A DNA stretch of 63,509 nucleotides, the filler included. It is 9 parts of 9 records of this genome, joined end to end, with 100 filler letters (N's around TTAATTAATTAA, not from the genome) between each part and the next. Parts side by side here need not be neighbours in the genome. Positions count along the whole stretch, not along the records: positions 26,700 to 32,986 come from DRR723986_26002; positions 33,087 to 38,728 come from DRR723986_26014; positions 38,829 to 44,290 come from DRR723986_26141; 6 more parts are not named here. The stretch is one strand, 5' to 3'. Positions 29,001-40,141 of this stretch are shown one piece after another (position 1 is the stretch's first letter; each line of letters opens with the position of its first letter). The translations under genes were made by a program, and so were the position numbers. The notes under the pieces were generated by a model. That model was given only the letters and a program-made list of their open reading frames with translations, searched no databases and was not told the origin of the DNA.

Positions 29001-29510
29001 TCAGCCGCGAATACGCGTCAGGTTGGCCTCGATCTTGGACATCACCGTCCGCATCGTCAACAGGTCCGCATCCGAGATGCCATCAAAAATATCCTGGCGC
29101 GAAGCCTGAATCAGCGGCGCCATTTGTGCCAGAACCTCTTTGCCGGAATCCGTCAGGTAGACCAGCTTTTGGCGGCCATCCTCGGCATCGGCACGACGTT
29201 CGACCAGTTCGGCGCGCTGCAGCGCATTAACAATCCGCGTGATATTGGGGCGATCCTCAAAGATGCGACTGGAAAGCTCAACCTGTGGCTGGCCGTCGCG
29301 CTCCCAAAGGCGGTAAAGCACAAACCACTGCTCCGGCGTGATTTCGCGATCAATCTGCCGGAACGTCTGCAGCAGATTAAAACGCAGCATGCGCGCCACG
29401 TGATACAGCCGGTACGCGATTGCCGCGTCCAGCGGTCCCGGCGCCGCGCCCGGATCACTTGAGTCTGGATCTGTTGCTCCCGCATCTGTCGGGCCAATTC
29501 GCTGTACCAT
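29001..29510 (-). CDS. MarR-family transcriptional regulator
   Basis: Motifs ITPEQWFVL, DRPNITRIV, ELVERR and DGRQKLVYLTDSG. Confidence 0.92.
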   Translation of the reverse strand: MVQRIGPTDAGATDPDSSDPGAAPGPLDAAIAYRLYHVARMLRFNLLQTFRQIDREITPEQWFVLYRLWERDGQPQVELSSRIFEDRPNITRIVNALQRAELVERRADAEDGRQKLVYLTDSGKEVLAQMAPLIQASRQDIFDGISDADLLTMRTVMSKIEANLTRIRG

Positions 29511-29526
29511 ATCACCTTCAATTTTA

Positions 29527-29540
29527 GTTGCCTAGGCAAC
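29527..29540. promoter_or_regulatory. MarR autoregulatory operator
   Basis: Perfect palindrome GTTGCCTAGGCAAC, 16 bp upstream of the marR ATG. Confidence 0.75.
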
Positions 29541-29582
29541 AATATTAGGGCTTTTTACTGAACGATGCAAATCTTTTGGCCC

Positions 29583-30035
29583 TCAGCGCCGCCGCCCGCT
29601 CAGAAAAAAGTCTCTGATCTTGCCGGTGCGAATGTAGTAGACCAGAATCTGCGCATTCAGCCGCGCATCCTCCTGCGCCATCAACTCCAGCGTATAACAG
29701 TCCACGCTAAAGCGCTGCGGCTGACCGCCGACCTCGCGCAGAATGCGATAGCCATACGACTGGAAGTCACCCGGCAGCGGCGGCGAAGTCTCGAGCGCCG
29801 TGGGTGAATCGCGCAGCAAATTCTCGCGGCTGTGCAGCACAAAAAACTGGCGCGCACGTTCCCAGGCGGCATTCGACTCGGCACTGTCAACGTCAAACTT
29901 CAGCTCCTGCTGCTTAACGGCGGCCAGATAAACTTCATCTTCGCCACTCAATCGCGGCTGACAGGCGGCCAGAGTCACGATAAATATCCCGGCGGCAAAT
30001 GCCGCAGCCACCAATTGACGCACGCCGATCCACAT
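29583..30035 (-). CDS. Hypothetical lipoprotein
   Basis: Hydrophobic leader with lipobox LAAC. Confidence 0.65.
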   Translation of the reverse strand: MWIGVRQLVAAAFAAGIFIVTLAACQPRLSGEDEVYLAAVKQQELKFDVDSAESNAAWERARQFFVLHSRENLLRDSPTALETSPPLPGDFQSYGYRILREVGGQPQRFSVDCYTLELMAQEDARLNAQILVYYIRTGKIRDFFLSGRRR

Positions 30036-30163
30036 AACACCAATCCCACATCCATTTTAACTGTTGTTTACATGTGTTCGCAGACGCCGGCGGGGCTGCA
30101 TGCATTGTTGCCCAGCTCAATTACCGTTATATTTGAGGCTTCCACAACAAAACCGGGGTTCGC

Positions 30164-32107
30164 ATGCGTGAAGGTTATTTCTCGACACTAGGACGCCAGA
30201 TGCGCGAAGCATTTGTGCGCTTTCCTTTGCCACTGGTTGTAGCATCCATCACAGCATTAGCACTCGCAGCAATTCCCTGGTTCCATGAGGACTCAAACGA
30301 ATTCGCTGTCATCATTAACATTATCATGGTCGGCGGCCCGCTGTTTCTGCTGATTCTAAGTCGCACCATCGTCGGCCAATATCGCGGTGGCAACAGAGCC
30401 TGGGGCAGCCTGCTGGACATCATTCTGCTGTCGGCCGGCATCGGCGTCTTCTGGGCATTACCCCTCGTCATAAACTTCCAACTTGGCCTGGAAGCATTCG
30501 TTTGGTTCATTGCCTTGCATGGCCTCGTCGCCATCACTCCGGTACTCGGGCGTTTGACACATGACGGCCTGTGGTTGTTTAACTGGAAATTATTTACGCG
30601 CATATTAACGGCATTTCTGTTTTCGCATGTACTCTATGGCGGAATTCTGATCCTGCTGGTGACACTCAATGAAATCTTCGGGCTTGACTGGGAGATGAAC
30701 AAGCTCTCACTTTCCCTCTACAGCCTGATACTCGGCATCTTTAATTCCTGGTTCCTCTGTGGCGGCATTCCGCACCGCAGTGCACTGGAAGGTGAAAAGC
30801 TTGAGTTTCCGGCCTCGCTCAAAGTCTTTAACTTTTACATTCTCTTGCCCGTCACTCTACTCTCGGTACTTGTCTGCCTCTTATTCTTTGTCGACTGGCT
30901 CAGCACGGATGCGTTCAGCTCAGACCAGAACTTCCTGACCAGGATGCTGGACAACGATTTAAACATTGGGGTCGTAATTGGCACCAGTATCTTTTCAAGT
31001 ATCGTTGCCATGCTTTTTGTTTTGCTGGCCTACCCCGCCGAACGCGAGAACATTTTCCCCTGGTCAAAACCGATGTCACAATCGGTTGTCCTGCTGCTAC
31101 TCCCGGCAACGCTTGTTTGTTTACTGCCGAGCATAAACTCGACTTTTAGCTCAGACACTGAAACCGGCTACTACTACCTGGCATTAACTCTCCTGTTAAG
31201 TAGTATCGCACTGATCGTCACAGCCATTCCGGCGCTACATCAGCGCAAACTTTTCATCGTCCCTGCGGCACTTTTTGCCCTCGGAATTATCTCAGTCCTG
31301 GGGCCATTCAGTAGCCGTTCAATTGTTGGCGGCATCCACATGCAGCAGTTCCGGGATACTCTCATACAGAAAAACATGCTTAACGAAGTCGGGCTGATAC
31401 AACACGGCGATACACTCGACTACAAAAGCTTGTACTACCAGGTTAACAACTATTACAGGGACTATGGCTACAGTTGGTTTCAGGAGTTAACAGAGACGGA
31501 CCTCGATGATGCGCTCGCCGACTATAGCGGCAGCCAGCTGACAGTGGACGGGCAAACACACAACTTCAAACCCGTCGATTCGCTGCGCGCCATACTTCTG
31601 TTTCCGTACAAACACAGTCTACCGCAACTAAGTACCGAGAAGCCAGGTTTAAGTAAACGCCACTTTAATCTCAGCAGGAGCAGTTCACACGGAGCAGGCA
31701 GGTTCCCGTATATCGTACCACAGAATCACAAACTTACACTTCCGGTTCACGTCGACGTTTATAGCAGCCGCCGCAGTGACACTGTGATTGTTGACGGTGT
31801 TAGGCAGGTACTCAGATTTGAGTACATAGCTACGAATGGCACACTCCTTGTTAAACGCAACAATGGCCCGGAGTTAACAATGTCAATTGTAAGCGACAGC
31901 TTAAGGGCAGTATTACAAGCGGATGATGCTCCATATATGACGGCCATAGAAAGCCCGTACAATATGTACGCTGAGACGAGTAATCTACGCGTCACGGCCG
32001 ATATTTTTGCCATCTCGGGCGCCTACACTAGATACTACGACAAACCGAAAAAACAGGACGGAATTTCAGTCAAACACATCTCAATGTTCCTTCACCTGGA
32101 CTGGTAA
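30164..32107 (+). CDS. Multi-pass membrane protein, DUF4153-like N-terminus
   Basis: RFP start motif, WLFN..LF.R...AFLFS and GPFSS, with many TM helices followed by a soluble C-terminal region. Confidence 0.65.
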   Translation: MREGYFSTLGRQMREAFVRFPLPLVVASITALALAAIPWFHEDSNEFAVIINIIMVGGPLFLLILSRTIVGQYRGGNRAWGSLLDIILLSAGIGVFWALPLVINFQLGLEAFVWFIALHGLVAITPVLGRLTHDGLWLFNWKLFTRILTAFLFSHVLYGGILILLVTLNEIFGLDWEMNKLSLSLYSLILGIFNSWFLCGGIPHRSALEGEKLEFPASLKVFNFYILLPVTLLSVLVCLLFFVDWLSTDAFSSDQNFLTRMLDNDLNIGVVIGTSIFSSIVAMLFVLLAYPAERENIFPWSKPMSQSVVLLLLPATLVCLLPSINSTFSSDTETGYYYLALTLLLSSIALIVTAIPALHQRKLFIVPAALFALGIISVLGPFSSRSIVGGIHMQQFRDTLIQKNMLNEVGLIQHGDTLDYKSLYYQVNNYYRDYGYSWFQELTETDLDDALADYSGSQLTVDGQTHNFKPVDSLRAILLFPYKHSLPQLSTEKPGLSKRHFNLSRSSSHGAGRFPYIVPQNHKLTLPVHVDVYSSRRSDTVIVDGVRQVLRFEYIATNGTLLVKRNNGPELTMSIVSDSLRAVLQADDAPYMTAIESPYNMYAETSNLRVTADIFAISGAYTRYYDKPKKQDGISVKHISMFLHLDW

Positions 32108-32351
32108 ACTCTTGGGGGTCTTGTCATTGAGGCATTTGTGGGCAATAAATACTGGGGCGGAACTGTGCAATATTTCTGCAGGTGAATTGTTATCTGCGGC
32201 TTGAACATCTTGAGCGCTTCGCCCTTGCACCTGCGGTTTAATGGCTTGCTTTTTCTTCATGTTAGTCGCTGAGATTAAAGTCTCAAGTCTCAGAGTTTTC
32301 AGCCTTTTAACATTCAATTCGCCGGCCCCGCAGCCCAACGTCAGTCTACAG

Positions 32352-32384
32352 ACTGTGAAAAAACAGTGAAAAAACTGTGAAGAG
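32352..32384. repeat. 3 x 11-bp tandem repeat
   Basis: ACTGTGAAAAA / ACAGTGAAAAA / ACTGTGAAGAG. Confidence 0.65.
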
Positions 32385-32986
32385 TCTGGGCCCTTAAAGC
32401 ATGCAGTACGGCAGCGCCGCAAGGCCGTGTCTGGACTTAAGCATTCTGGCCCTCTACTGCCGGTTTAACTCTCAGAGGCAGGCAATTCTCGCTGCATTGT
32501 TTTTACGCCTGGAAGTTCTTATCATCAGCACCTGTGGCCGGCGAGTTCGCTGCGCCATCTTCCACCAAATCAGTAGCTCGGTATGGCACCGCGGATCACG
32601 ACTCTGCGACCCGCCTGACACTGTAGACCTACTAGCCGCGATTTGACGAGTAATCAATTAACAAACAGACCAACGGTAGTTTAACTGCCCTGAAATCTCC
32701 ATGGCCCGGCAACGATGCAACAAATTGCTGCTGCCGACCTGCATTCCAAGATCGCTGACAGCTCATTTGCAGAACGTGAGTCTTGCGGCTCAGGAGTTTG
32801 ACGGCGGGCTAAAACCTGTGTAACAACCGGCTGAACATTCGGGCTTCTCGGATATTCAACAATTCCTAGGCATTTTGGATGAATGCGCTGAAATTGCGAC
32901 TCAAGGGCCAAGACTTCGGGTTTTGGCTTCAAGTTTTTTGAACTCACGCCAATCAGCACCCGGGTCGAGCCCTTAGGGCTGGACCC

Positions 32987-33086
32987 NNNNNNNNNNNNNN
33001 NNNNNNNNNNNNNNNNNNNNNNNNNNNNNNTTAATTAATTAANNNNNNNNNNNNNNNNNNNNNNNNNNNNNNNNNNNNNNNNNNNN
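32987..33086. other. Artificial contig-joining spacer
   Basis: N44-TTAATTAATTAA-N44. Confidence 0.98.
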
Positions 33087-36000
33087 GCCACCACCAGGCT
33101 CCCCGCCACGTCCAGCGCGTCCGTGGTGGTCAGCCCGCTCGCCTGCAGCGTGGTCGTCGTCACCGCCTGGAGCGCCTGCACCGTGGACCGCAGCACCGCC
33201 GCGCCCGAGAGCGACGCCGACGACGGCGCGCCCGCGAGCGTCGCCGCGCCCGCGGCCTCCAGCCCGTCCACCGCCGTGGTGCCCTGCGCGAACAAGGTCC
33301 CCTGCACGGCGAGCGCGCCGCTGGTGGTCGCCGTCGCCAGCAGCGTGCCGGACCCTCCCTGGACGTCCAGCGCGCCCGACGCGGCAACGTCCACGTGCCC
33401 CGACGCCGCCACCGCGCCGTTGGCCACCGCGCCGTTGGCCACCGTGAGCTGCGCCGTGTCCACGAGCTGCGCGCTGCGCAGGTTCTCAAAGTCGACCACG
33501 CCGTCGATCGTCAGGTTGCCGCCCACCAGCACGATCCCCGACGTGCCCAGCGCGGGCACGGTCAGCCCCGCCTGCGAGTCGAGGCCGCCCGCAAGGTCCA
33601 GCGCCTGCGCGACGGTCAGCGTGGCCAGCGACGTGCCGCCGCCGCCGCCGCCGCCCGTCACCGCGACGTTCGCCTGCGCGCTGACGTTCAGCTGCGCGTC
33701 GACGGCCGCCTGCAGGTCGGTGTGCCCCGCCACGGAGAGCGTTTGCTGCAGCCCGGCGGTCGTGCGGCACAGCAGGGCGGAGGCGAGCGTGGTGGCGCCG
33801 GCGACCGCGAGGTCGCCCGTGGTGGCGAGCGACGTTGCCGCGGACGCCGTGCCCGCGGTGGCCGTCCCGAGCACGGTCAGCCCCGCCTGCGCGTCCAGCG
33901 CGGTCTGCGCCACGAGCGTGTCCACGAGCGTGGAGCCCGCGGTGGTGAGGCACACCTCGGTCCCCGAGCACGCGCCCGGCGCCGCAGCGCACCGCTCCGC
34001 GCACACGCCAAAGTGTTCCAGCACCTCGAACGCGCCTAGCGCGGCGACGTCGCCGACGGCGAGCCCCTGCGCCAGCGCCACCGCGCCCGTGACGCCGAGG
34101 CCCGGGAGCGTGGAGAGCCCCGCCACGCCCAGCGTGTCGGTGGTCAGCAGCTGCGCCGCCTGCACGGGGAGCGCCGCCGTCGCGGTCTCCGCCGCGTCCA
34201 GGTTGGCCGACGCGAGGAACAGCCCCGAGGCGGTGGTGGTGGCCCCGGGCGAGAGCATCGTGGTGAAGCTGCCGCCGCCGCCGCCGCCGCCGCCCTGCGC
34301 CACGGTCACGCCCGCCAGCGCGTCGACGGTCAGCAGCGAGTCGAGCGTGGTGGTGGTGGTGGCCGCCGCCGGCACGACGACGTCCAGGCCCACCGTTTCC
34401 ACCAGCCCCGACGCGGTCAGCCCTTGCACCTGCGTGGTCCCCACGACGTCCAGCAGCGTCTGCACGGTCACGAGCGCGCCCGCCGACGCCACGGCGCCCT
34501 GGGTGGTGAGCGTGTTCGTCACGCGCAGCGTGCTCGCCGCCAGCGCGTCCTCGCAAGCCACCGCCGCGGCGGTGACAAAGTTGCCGAACACCGCGAGGCG
34601 CGACGCGTTGGCGTTCTGGGCCGTGCACGGCCCGCCCAGTTCGAGCGCCCCCGCGACGTCCAGTCGCTGCGCCGCGGCGGTGGTCTGCGCCAGGAGCGCG
34701 GCCTGGGCGGTCAGCCCGCCCGTCACCTCCAGGGCCACCGCCGCAACGGACTGCGCGTCCAGCGCCTGCACGCTGGCGTGGCCGCCCGCGCCCCCGCCCC
34801 CGCCACCGTCCGCCACGTCCAGGTTGCCCCGCACGCTCGCCGCGGTGCCGGTCACTGCCAGCGGGGTCGCCACGGTGGCGGGCACCCCGTCGCTCACGAA
34901 CAGGCCGTTGGTGGCCTGCGCCGCGGCGTCCGCGACCACCAACGCAGGGCCCGCTCCCGCGCCCGCCAGGGTCGTGTGGCCGTCCACGCGCAGGCTCGCG
35001 GCGGCCGCCGAGTCCCCGCGCACCCGCAGCGAGGCCGCCAGGGCGGTGTGTCCCGTGACGTTCGCGTCCCCGGCAAGCTCCACCAGCCGCGACGCGTTGA
35101 GCGTGCCGTGGGTCAGCAGGTTCCCCGCGACGACGTCCAGGCCCGCCTGGGCCAGCGCGTCGCCCGCGGCCACGTCCAGCGCCTGCACGGACGTGCTGCC
35201 GGCCACACCGGCGGTCCCTTGCACGTCGACGTCGCCCGCGGCGAGCAGCGTGCCCGTGGCCCTGGCATCGCCGGCCACCAGGAGCGCCTGGTCCAGCACG
35301 GCGCGCGTCTCCCCGAGCAGCCGCTCCAGGCGCGCGGGCGACTGGTCGAGCATGGCGAGCGTCTGCTGCAGCACCGCGGCGTCGGCGCCGCTGGTGGACA
35401 GCACGCCGTCGTCCACCGAGGCGAGGCCGGCCAGGACGTCGAGCGTCGTCGCGGCGTCGAGCAGGCCCTGCGCCGTGGTGGTGGCCAGCGTGCCCCCGAC
35501 GACGGTGCTGCCCGTCACGTCCAGCGCCGCCTGCAGCACGACCGCGTCCTGCGCCGTGGCCGAGTCCAGCTGGGTGGCCTGCAGCGCGGCCAGCCCCGTC
35601 AGGAGGGCGCCGGCGGACACGTCCAAGTCCCCGAGCAGCGTCGTGCGCCCGGCGGAGACGGTGAGGGCGCCGGCGACCTCCGCCGGGGCGCCCGTCACCT
35701 CGGCGCGCTCCAGCGCGACGCCGCCCGTCGCCGTCGCCCCGTTCTCGGCGCTCAGCAGGCCGGCCACGTCCACCGCGCCCTGCGCGTGCGCGCCGTTGGC
35801 GACCTCGAGGTTGGCTTGGAACAGCGCGTCCTGCTGGGCGACGAGGCGCTGCGGCTCGAACAGCCCCTGCAGGTCCGCGTCCACGAGCGCGACGGCGCCC
35901 CCGCTCGCCTCCGCCGTCGCGGCCAGCGTGGTGTCGCCGCCGCCGAGGGCGGTGGACAGGTCGGTCTGCACCACGGCGGCCCCCGCGACGCTCGCGGTGG

Positions 36001-38677
36001 AAAGGGTCCGCAGCGTGCCTGCGACGGTGGTGCCGTCGCCGCCTACCACCTCGGTGGCGCCGGACGCGTCGAGGCCCTGCGCGAGCAGGTGCGCCTCCAC
36101 CACCAGGCCCTCCTCGGCGTCGACGCGGCCGGCCACCACGGTGCGCTGCGTCGCCACGCCGAAGCTCTCGACGTTGACGAACCGCACGGCGTCGAGGATG
36201 TTGACGTTGGCCTGCGTGTCCATGCGCACGGCGCTCGCGGGCCCCAGGGCGAAGGTGCCCAGGAGGTTCCACCGCGAGCCCAGCGTCTGCAGGTTGACGG
36301 TCACCACCACCTCCGCGCCGCTGGCCGTGGTGATCGTCAGGGGCACGGCGGACGCGCCCACGGCGCCCAGCGGCACGGACCACAGCGACACCGAGTAGTT
36401 GCCGCTGGGGAGGCCGGGCTGGAACGTCGCGGACGCGCCGGCGCCGAAAAAGTACAGGTACGCGCCGTTGTACGCGTTGGCGATGGTGGACGTGCTCCAG
36501 CTGCCCTGCAGCGACAGGCGCGCCGAGGTGAGCGTGGCGTCGATGATGCTCTCGCCCACGAGCACGTCGCCCTGCGCCTGCATCTGCTGCTCCACGACGA
36601 GCGTGCCCCGCGGGAACAGCCCGTTGGTGACCGTCGCGTTGGCGAACACCGAGGCGGCGCCCCGGGTGGCCAGCGTGGTAACCTCGGCGGTGGTCGCGAC
36701 GAGCTGCGCGTCGGCGCCCGCGCTCCCGACCTCCGCCAGGCCCGACACCGTCACTCCCACGCCCAGGCCCACGGCGGCGGTGATCTCCACGCCGTTGGTC
36801 GCCTCCAGGCCGACCGTGGCGGCGGCGCCGACCACGCCCACCGCCTCGGCGGTCAGCCCGCCGCCCACCGCCGCGTCCGCGGCCGCCTGGAACACGCCCG
36901 CGACGGCCGCCGTGGGGCCCTGCGCCAGGCTGTGGCCCGGCGACACGCGCAGCGGGCCGGCGACCGAGGCCGACGCGGCCTGGGCGCTGCCTGCGAGCTC
37001 GAGCGGCCCGCCGGTGACGTTCAGGTCGGCGTCCAGCGTGGCGAGCCCCGTCGCGCGCAGCGAGCCCACGAGCGCGTCGGCGACGGCCTGCAGGTCCAGC
37101 TGCGCCACCAGCGCCCCGGCCGTCTCCGCGGTGCCAAGTGTGGTGGCGCCGCCCGCAACGTCGGCGTTGCCCCCCAGCGTCGCGCGGGCGTGCACGGCGA
37201 GGCCCTGCGCCGCGGTCGTGGGGTCCTGCAGCACAGTGGACGTGCCCGCCAACACGCTCAGGGCCTGCACGGCCTCGGTGGACAGCACGCTCTGCACGTC
37301 GAGCGCGCGGGCGGAGGAGCTGGGCGGCGGGCCCGGGCCGACCACGAACAGCGCGTTGTTGGCCTGCAGCGTGTTGAGCAGCGCGGCGTCGGTGACGGTG
37401 AGCGTGGACTGCAGCGCGAGGGGCCCGCTGGTGAGCAGCGCCGCCGTGTCCGTCTGGCCGGTGACGTTGACCGCCGCCAGGTGCGCGTCGCCCGCGACGA
37501 GCAGCAGGTCCGCGAGCACGGCGTGGGCCGCGAGCGCGGCGCCGGAGCCCACCGTGGTGGCGCCCGACACGTTGAACCGCCCCGTGGTGTCGCGCGTTTG
37601 GTTGGGCTGCAGCTGCGGCTGCAGGGGCACGAACACGAGGTGGGCGGCCTCGAGGCTGGCGGCCGCCCGCGCGTCCCCGAGCACCACCGTCTCGGTGAGG
37701 TTGCTGGGCGCGGTGGCGTTGGGGGCGAGCAGCAGCGGCACGTCGGCGTGGCCGTCCACGGCGAACACGAAGCCGCACTCGATCCCCCCTTGCACGGTGA
37801 GGCCGGCAAGGCACGCGATCTCCGCCAGCGCCTGCGCGTTGGACAGGACGAGCTGCAGGCCGCTGGTGAACTGCCCCAGCACGTCCACGTTGCTCGTCGC
37901 GCGCGCCCGGGCGACCACGGACTGCGCCAGCGCCTGCAGCTCGCCGAACGTCGCGGGCTGGCTCGCGTCCAGCGTGGAGGTGCGCACCAGCCCCGACTCG
38001 ACGCTGAGGACCACCGCGCCCGTCGCTTGCTTCTTGCTGCTGCCGCCACCGTCCACCGTCGCGCTCGCTTGCACCACGGCCGCGTTTTGCACCGTCAGCG
38101 GGACGTCCGCGCGGGCGAGTGTGCGCACGTCGACGCCGTGCTCAAAGTCCACCTGCGAGGCCAGCACGTGCAGCTCGGACAGGCGCGCGACGTCCGCCGG
38201 GACCTGGAGGGAGCCCGCGGCCAGGCTCAGCGCCGAGACCTTCTCCACGAACGTCTCCAGCGCGGACAGGGTGATCGTGGCGTTGCTGGCCGGGCTCACG
38301 GGCGCCATCGTCACCGAGCCCTCGAAGCGCGTGTCGTTGTGCACGATGATGCCGCCGCCGACCTGCTGCTCGTTGATGTACGTGATGAGCTGGCCCTGGA
38401 AGTCCACCACCGCGGAGGTGGGCGACGCCTCGGACCCGAGCACGAGGTGGCGCCCCGCGATCGTGGTGTTGGTGTCGGGCAGCGTGTCCACCAGGAAATT
38501 TTGCGCCTCGTCGGTCCGGAAGGTGAGCACGTCTCCCTCCGGGTCGGTGAAGCTCACGGTGCTGATGAACCCGTCGCGCGAGCTCAGCTGCACCGAGCTC
38601 TGCTGCGATTCGACCGCCAGCTCCAACCATCCCGTGTTGGACTTGAGCACCAGGTCAACGTCGTCGGCGTCCTCCAC
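33087..38677 (-). CDS. Probable eukaryotic exon of a giant A/G/V/T/L-rich repeat protein containing a Golvesin/xanthan-lyase CBD-like domain (partial at both ends)
   Basis: About 1860 codons open with strong G/C third positions and recurrent LxVxG strands. The frame starts immediately after CAG, preceded by a CA-rich tract. Confidence 0.75.
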
Positions 38678-38728
38678 CTGTGTTGTGCACGCGCGCGTTT
38701 GTGTTGTGCGTTGTGTGTGTGTGTGTGT
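38678..38728 (-). repeat. (CA)n microsatellite and probable intron 3' end with splice acceptor
   Basis: The minus strand reads (AC)n...gcacaacaCAG|GTGGAG, and the contig breaks inside the microsatellite. Confidence 0.7.
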
Positions 38729-38828
38729 NNNNNNNNNNNNNNNNNNNNNNNNNNNNNNNNNNNNNNNNNNNNTTAATTAATTAANNNNNNNNNNNNNNNN
38801 NNNNNNNNNNNNNNNNNNNNNNNNNNNN
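38729..38828. other. Artificial contig-joining spacer
   Basis: N44-TTAATTAATTAA-N44. Confidence 0.98.
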
Positions 38829-39569
38829 AAAGACATCGTTTCCGGCCTCGATATCATGATCGTGCGCGAATTGACCTCTGGCGTTTATTTTGGTGAGCCC
38901 CGCGGTATCATCGAAGAAGGCAACGAACGCGTGGGCATCAACACCCAACGCTACACCGAAAGCGAGATCGACCGGGTTGCCCGCTCTGCCTTCGAACTGG
39001 CCCGCCGCCGTGGCAACAAAGTCTGTTCCATGGAAAAAGCCAACGTGATGGAAAGCGGCATCTTGTGGCGCGAGGTTGTTCAGCGTGTCCATGACACCGA
39101 TTACCCCGATGTCGAGCTGAGCCATATGTACGCCGACAATGGCGCGATGCAGCTGGTGCGTGCGCCAAAGCAGTTTGACGTCATCCTGACCGACAACCTC
39201 TTTGGTGACATCCTGTCTGATTGCGCCGCGATGCTGACCGGTTCGCTTGGTATGTTGCCATCTGCCTCGCTTGGTGCGCCCAATGCCGATGGTCGTCCAA
39301 AGGCGCTCTATGAGCCGGTCCATGGTTCTGCCCCTGACATCACTGGTCAGGGTAAGGCCAACCCGATTGCCTGCATTCTCAGTTTTGCGATGGCGCTGCG
39401 TTACTCCTTTGATCAGGGTGACGAGGCCGCGCGTCTGGAGAAAGCGATTGAAAAGGTACTCGCCGATGGCGCCCGCACGGCGGACCTGATGGGCGAAGAG
39501 GGCGGCACACCGATCAGCACCTCTGACATGGGTGACGCCATTCTGGCCGCACTGGACGCCAGCCTCTAA
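38829..39569 (+). CDS. leuB: 3-isopropylmalate dehydrogenase (5' truncated)
   Basis: Motifs [34 protein letters not shown] and [11 protein letters not shown]. Confidence 0.95.
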   Translation, partial: KDIVSGLDIMIVRELTSGVYFGEPRGIIEEGNERVGINTQRYTESEIDRVARSAFELARRRGNKVCSMEKANVMESGILWREVVQRVHDTDYPDVELSHMYADNGAMQLVRAPKQFDVILTDNLFGDILSDCAAMLTGSLGMLPSASLGAPNADGRPKALYEPVHGSAPDITGQGKANPIACILSFAMALRYSFDQGDEAARLEKAIEKVLADGARTADLMGEEGGTPISTSDMGDAILAALDASL

Positions 39570-39592
39570 ACCGTCTCTAAGCCAAAACTTCG

Positions 39593-39621
39593 AAAGGCAG
39601 CGCTTTTGGCGCTGCTTTTTT
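39593..39621 (+). terminator. Intrinsic terminator after leuB
   Basis: GCAGCGC-TTTTG-GCGCTGC followed by a T-run. Confidence 0.7.
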
Positions 39622-39688
39622 GTGCCTGCTATTTGGGGGTTGCAGGAATTCCATGCTATCTTGACCACCTCAATCCAAGGAGGTCGCA

Positions 39689-40069
39689 ATGCGCTGGAAA
39701 CCCGATGGATACTCAAGCGTCAGCCCATATCTGATTGTCCCAGATGCCGAAGCAACGCTTGCCTTTGCCCAAGCCGTTTTTGATGCCGAGCGCTTGCGCC
39801 TGCACCACCGCGAGGACGGCGGGATCAAACATGCCGAGTTTCGGATAGACGACACCGTTGTCATGGTGGGCGAAATGCCCGGCGGCGCTGCGGCCCACAT
39901 TCACGTCTATGTGCCAGATGCCGATGCGGCCTTTGCCCTTGCGTTGGCAACCGGAGGCAATACCGTTCAGGAAATGACCCGCGCTGGCGACGGGGATTAT
40001 CGCGGCGGCGTGGCGGATGCCAACGGCACTGTTTGGTGGATTTCCCAACAGGAAGAATACCGCGAATAA
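39689..40069 (+). CDS. VOC/glyoxalase (PhnB-like) protein
   Basis: KPDGYSSVSPYLIV, HAEFRIDD and GGVADANGTVWWI, with a GGAGG RBS. Confidence 0.85.
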   Translation: MRWKPDGYSSVSPYLIVPDAEATLAFAQAVFDAERLRLHHREDGGIKHAEFRIDDTVVMVGEMPGGAAAHIHVYVPDADAAFALALATGGNTVQEMTRAGDGDYRGGVADANGTVWWISQQEEYRE

Positions 40070-40141
40070 CCCATATTTCGTGACGCATCGGCACTTTGGC
40101 TTGCGCCCCTGCAATGATTGCTTGCGCCCTGTTTTTAAGGT

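Noticed and set aside
32081-32959. Short ORFs in the tract after the DUF4153-like gene
   Set aside because: They have no recognisable motifs, RBS or consistent codon bias, so they were not called as genes.
33123-38780. Several 800-1450 aa ORFs overlapping the giant exon in other frames and on the other strand
   Set aside because: These are shadow ORFs expected from extreme GC and codon bias. Their products are Arg/Ala/Ser/Pro-rich with no domain, while the chosen frame contains a recognisable domain.
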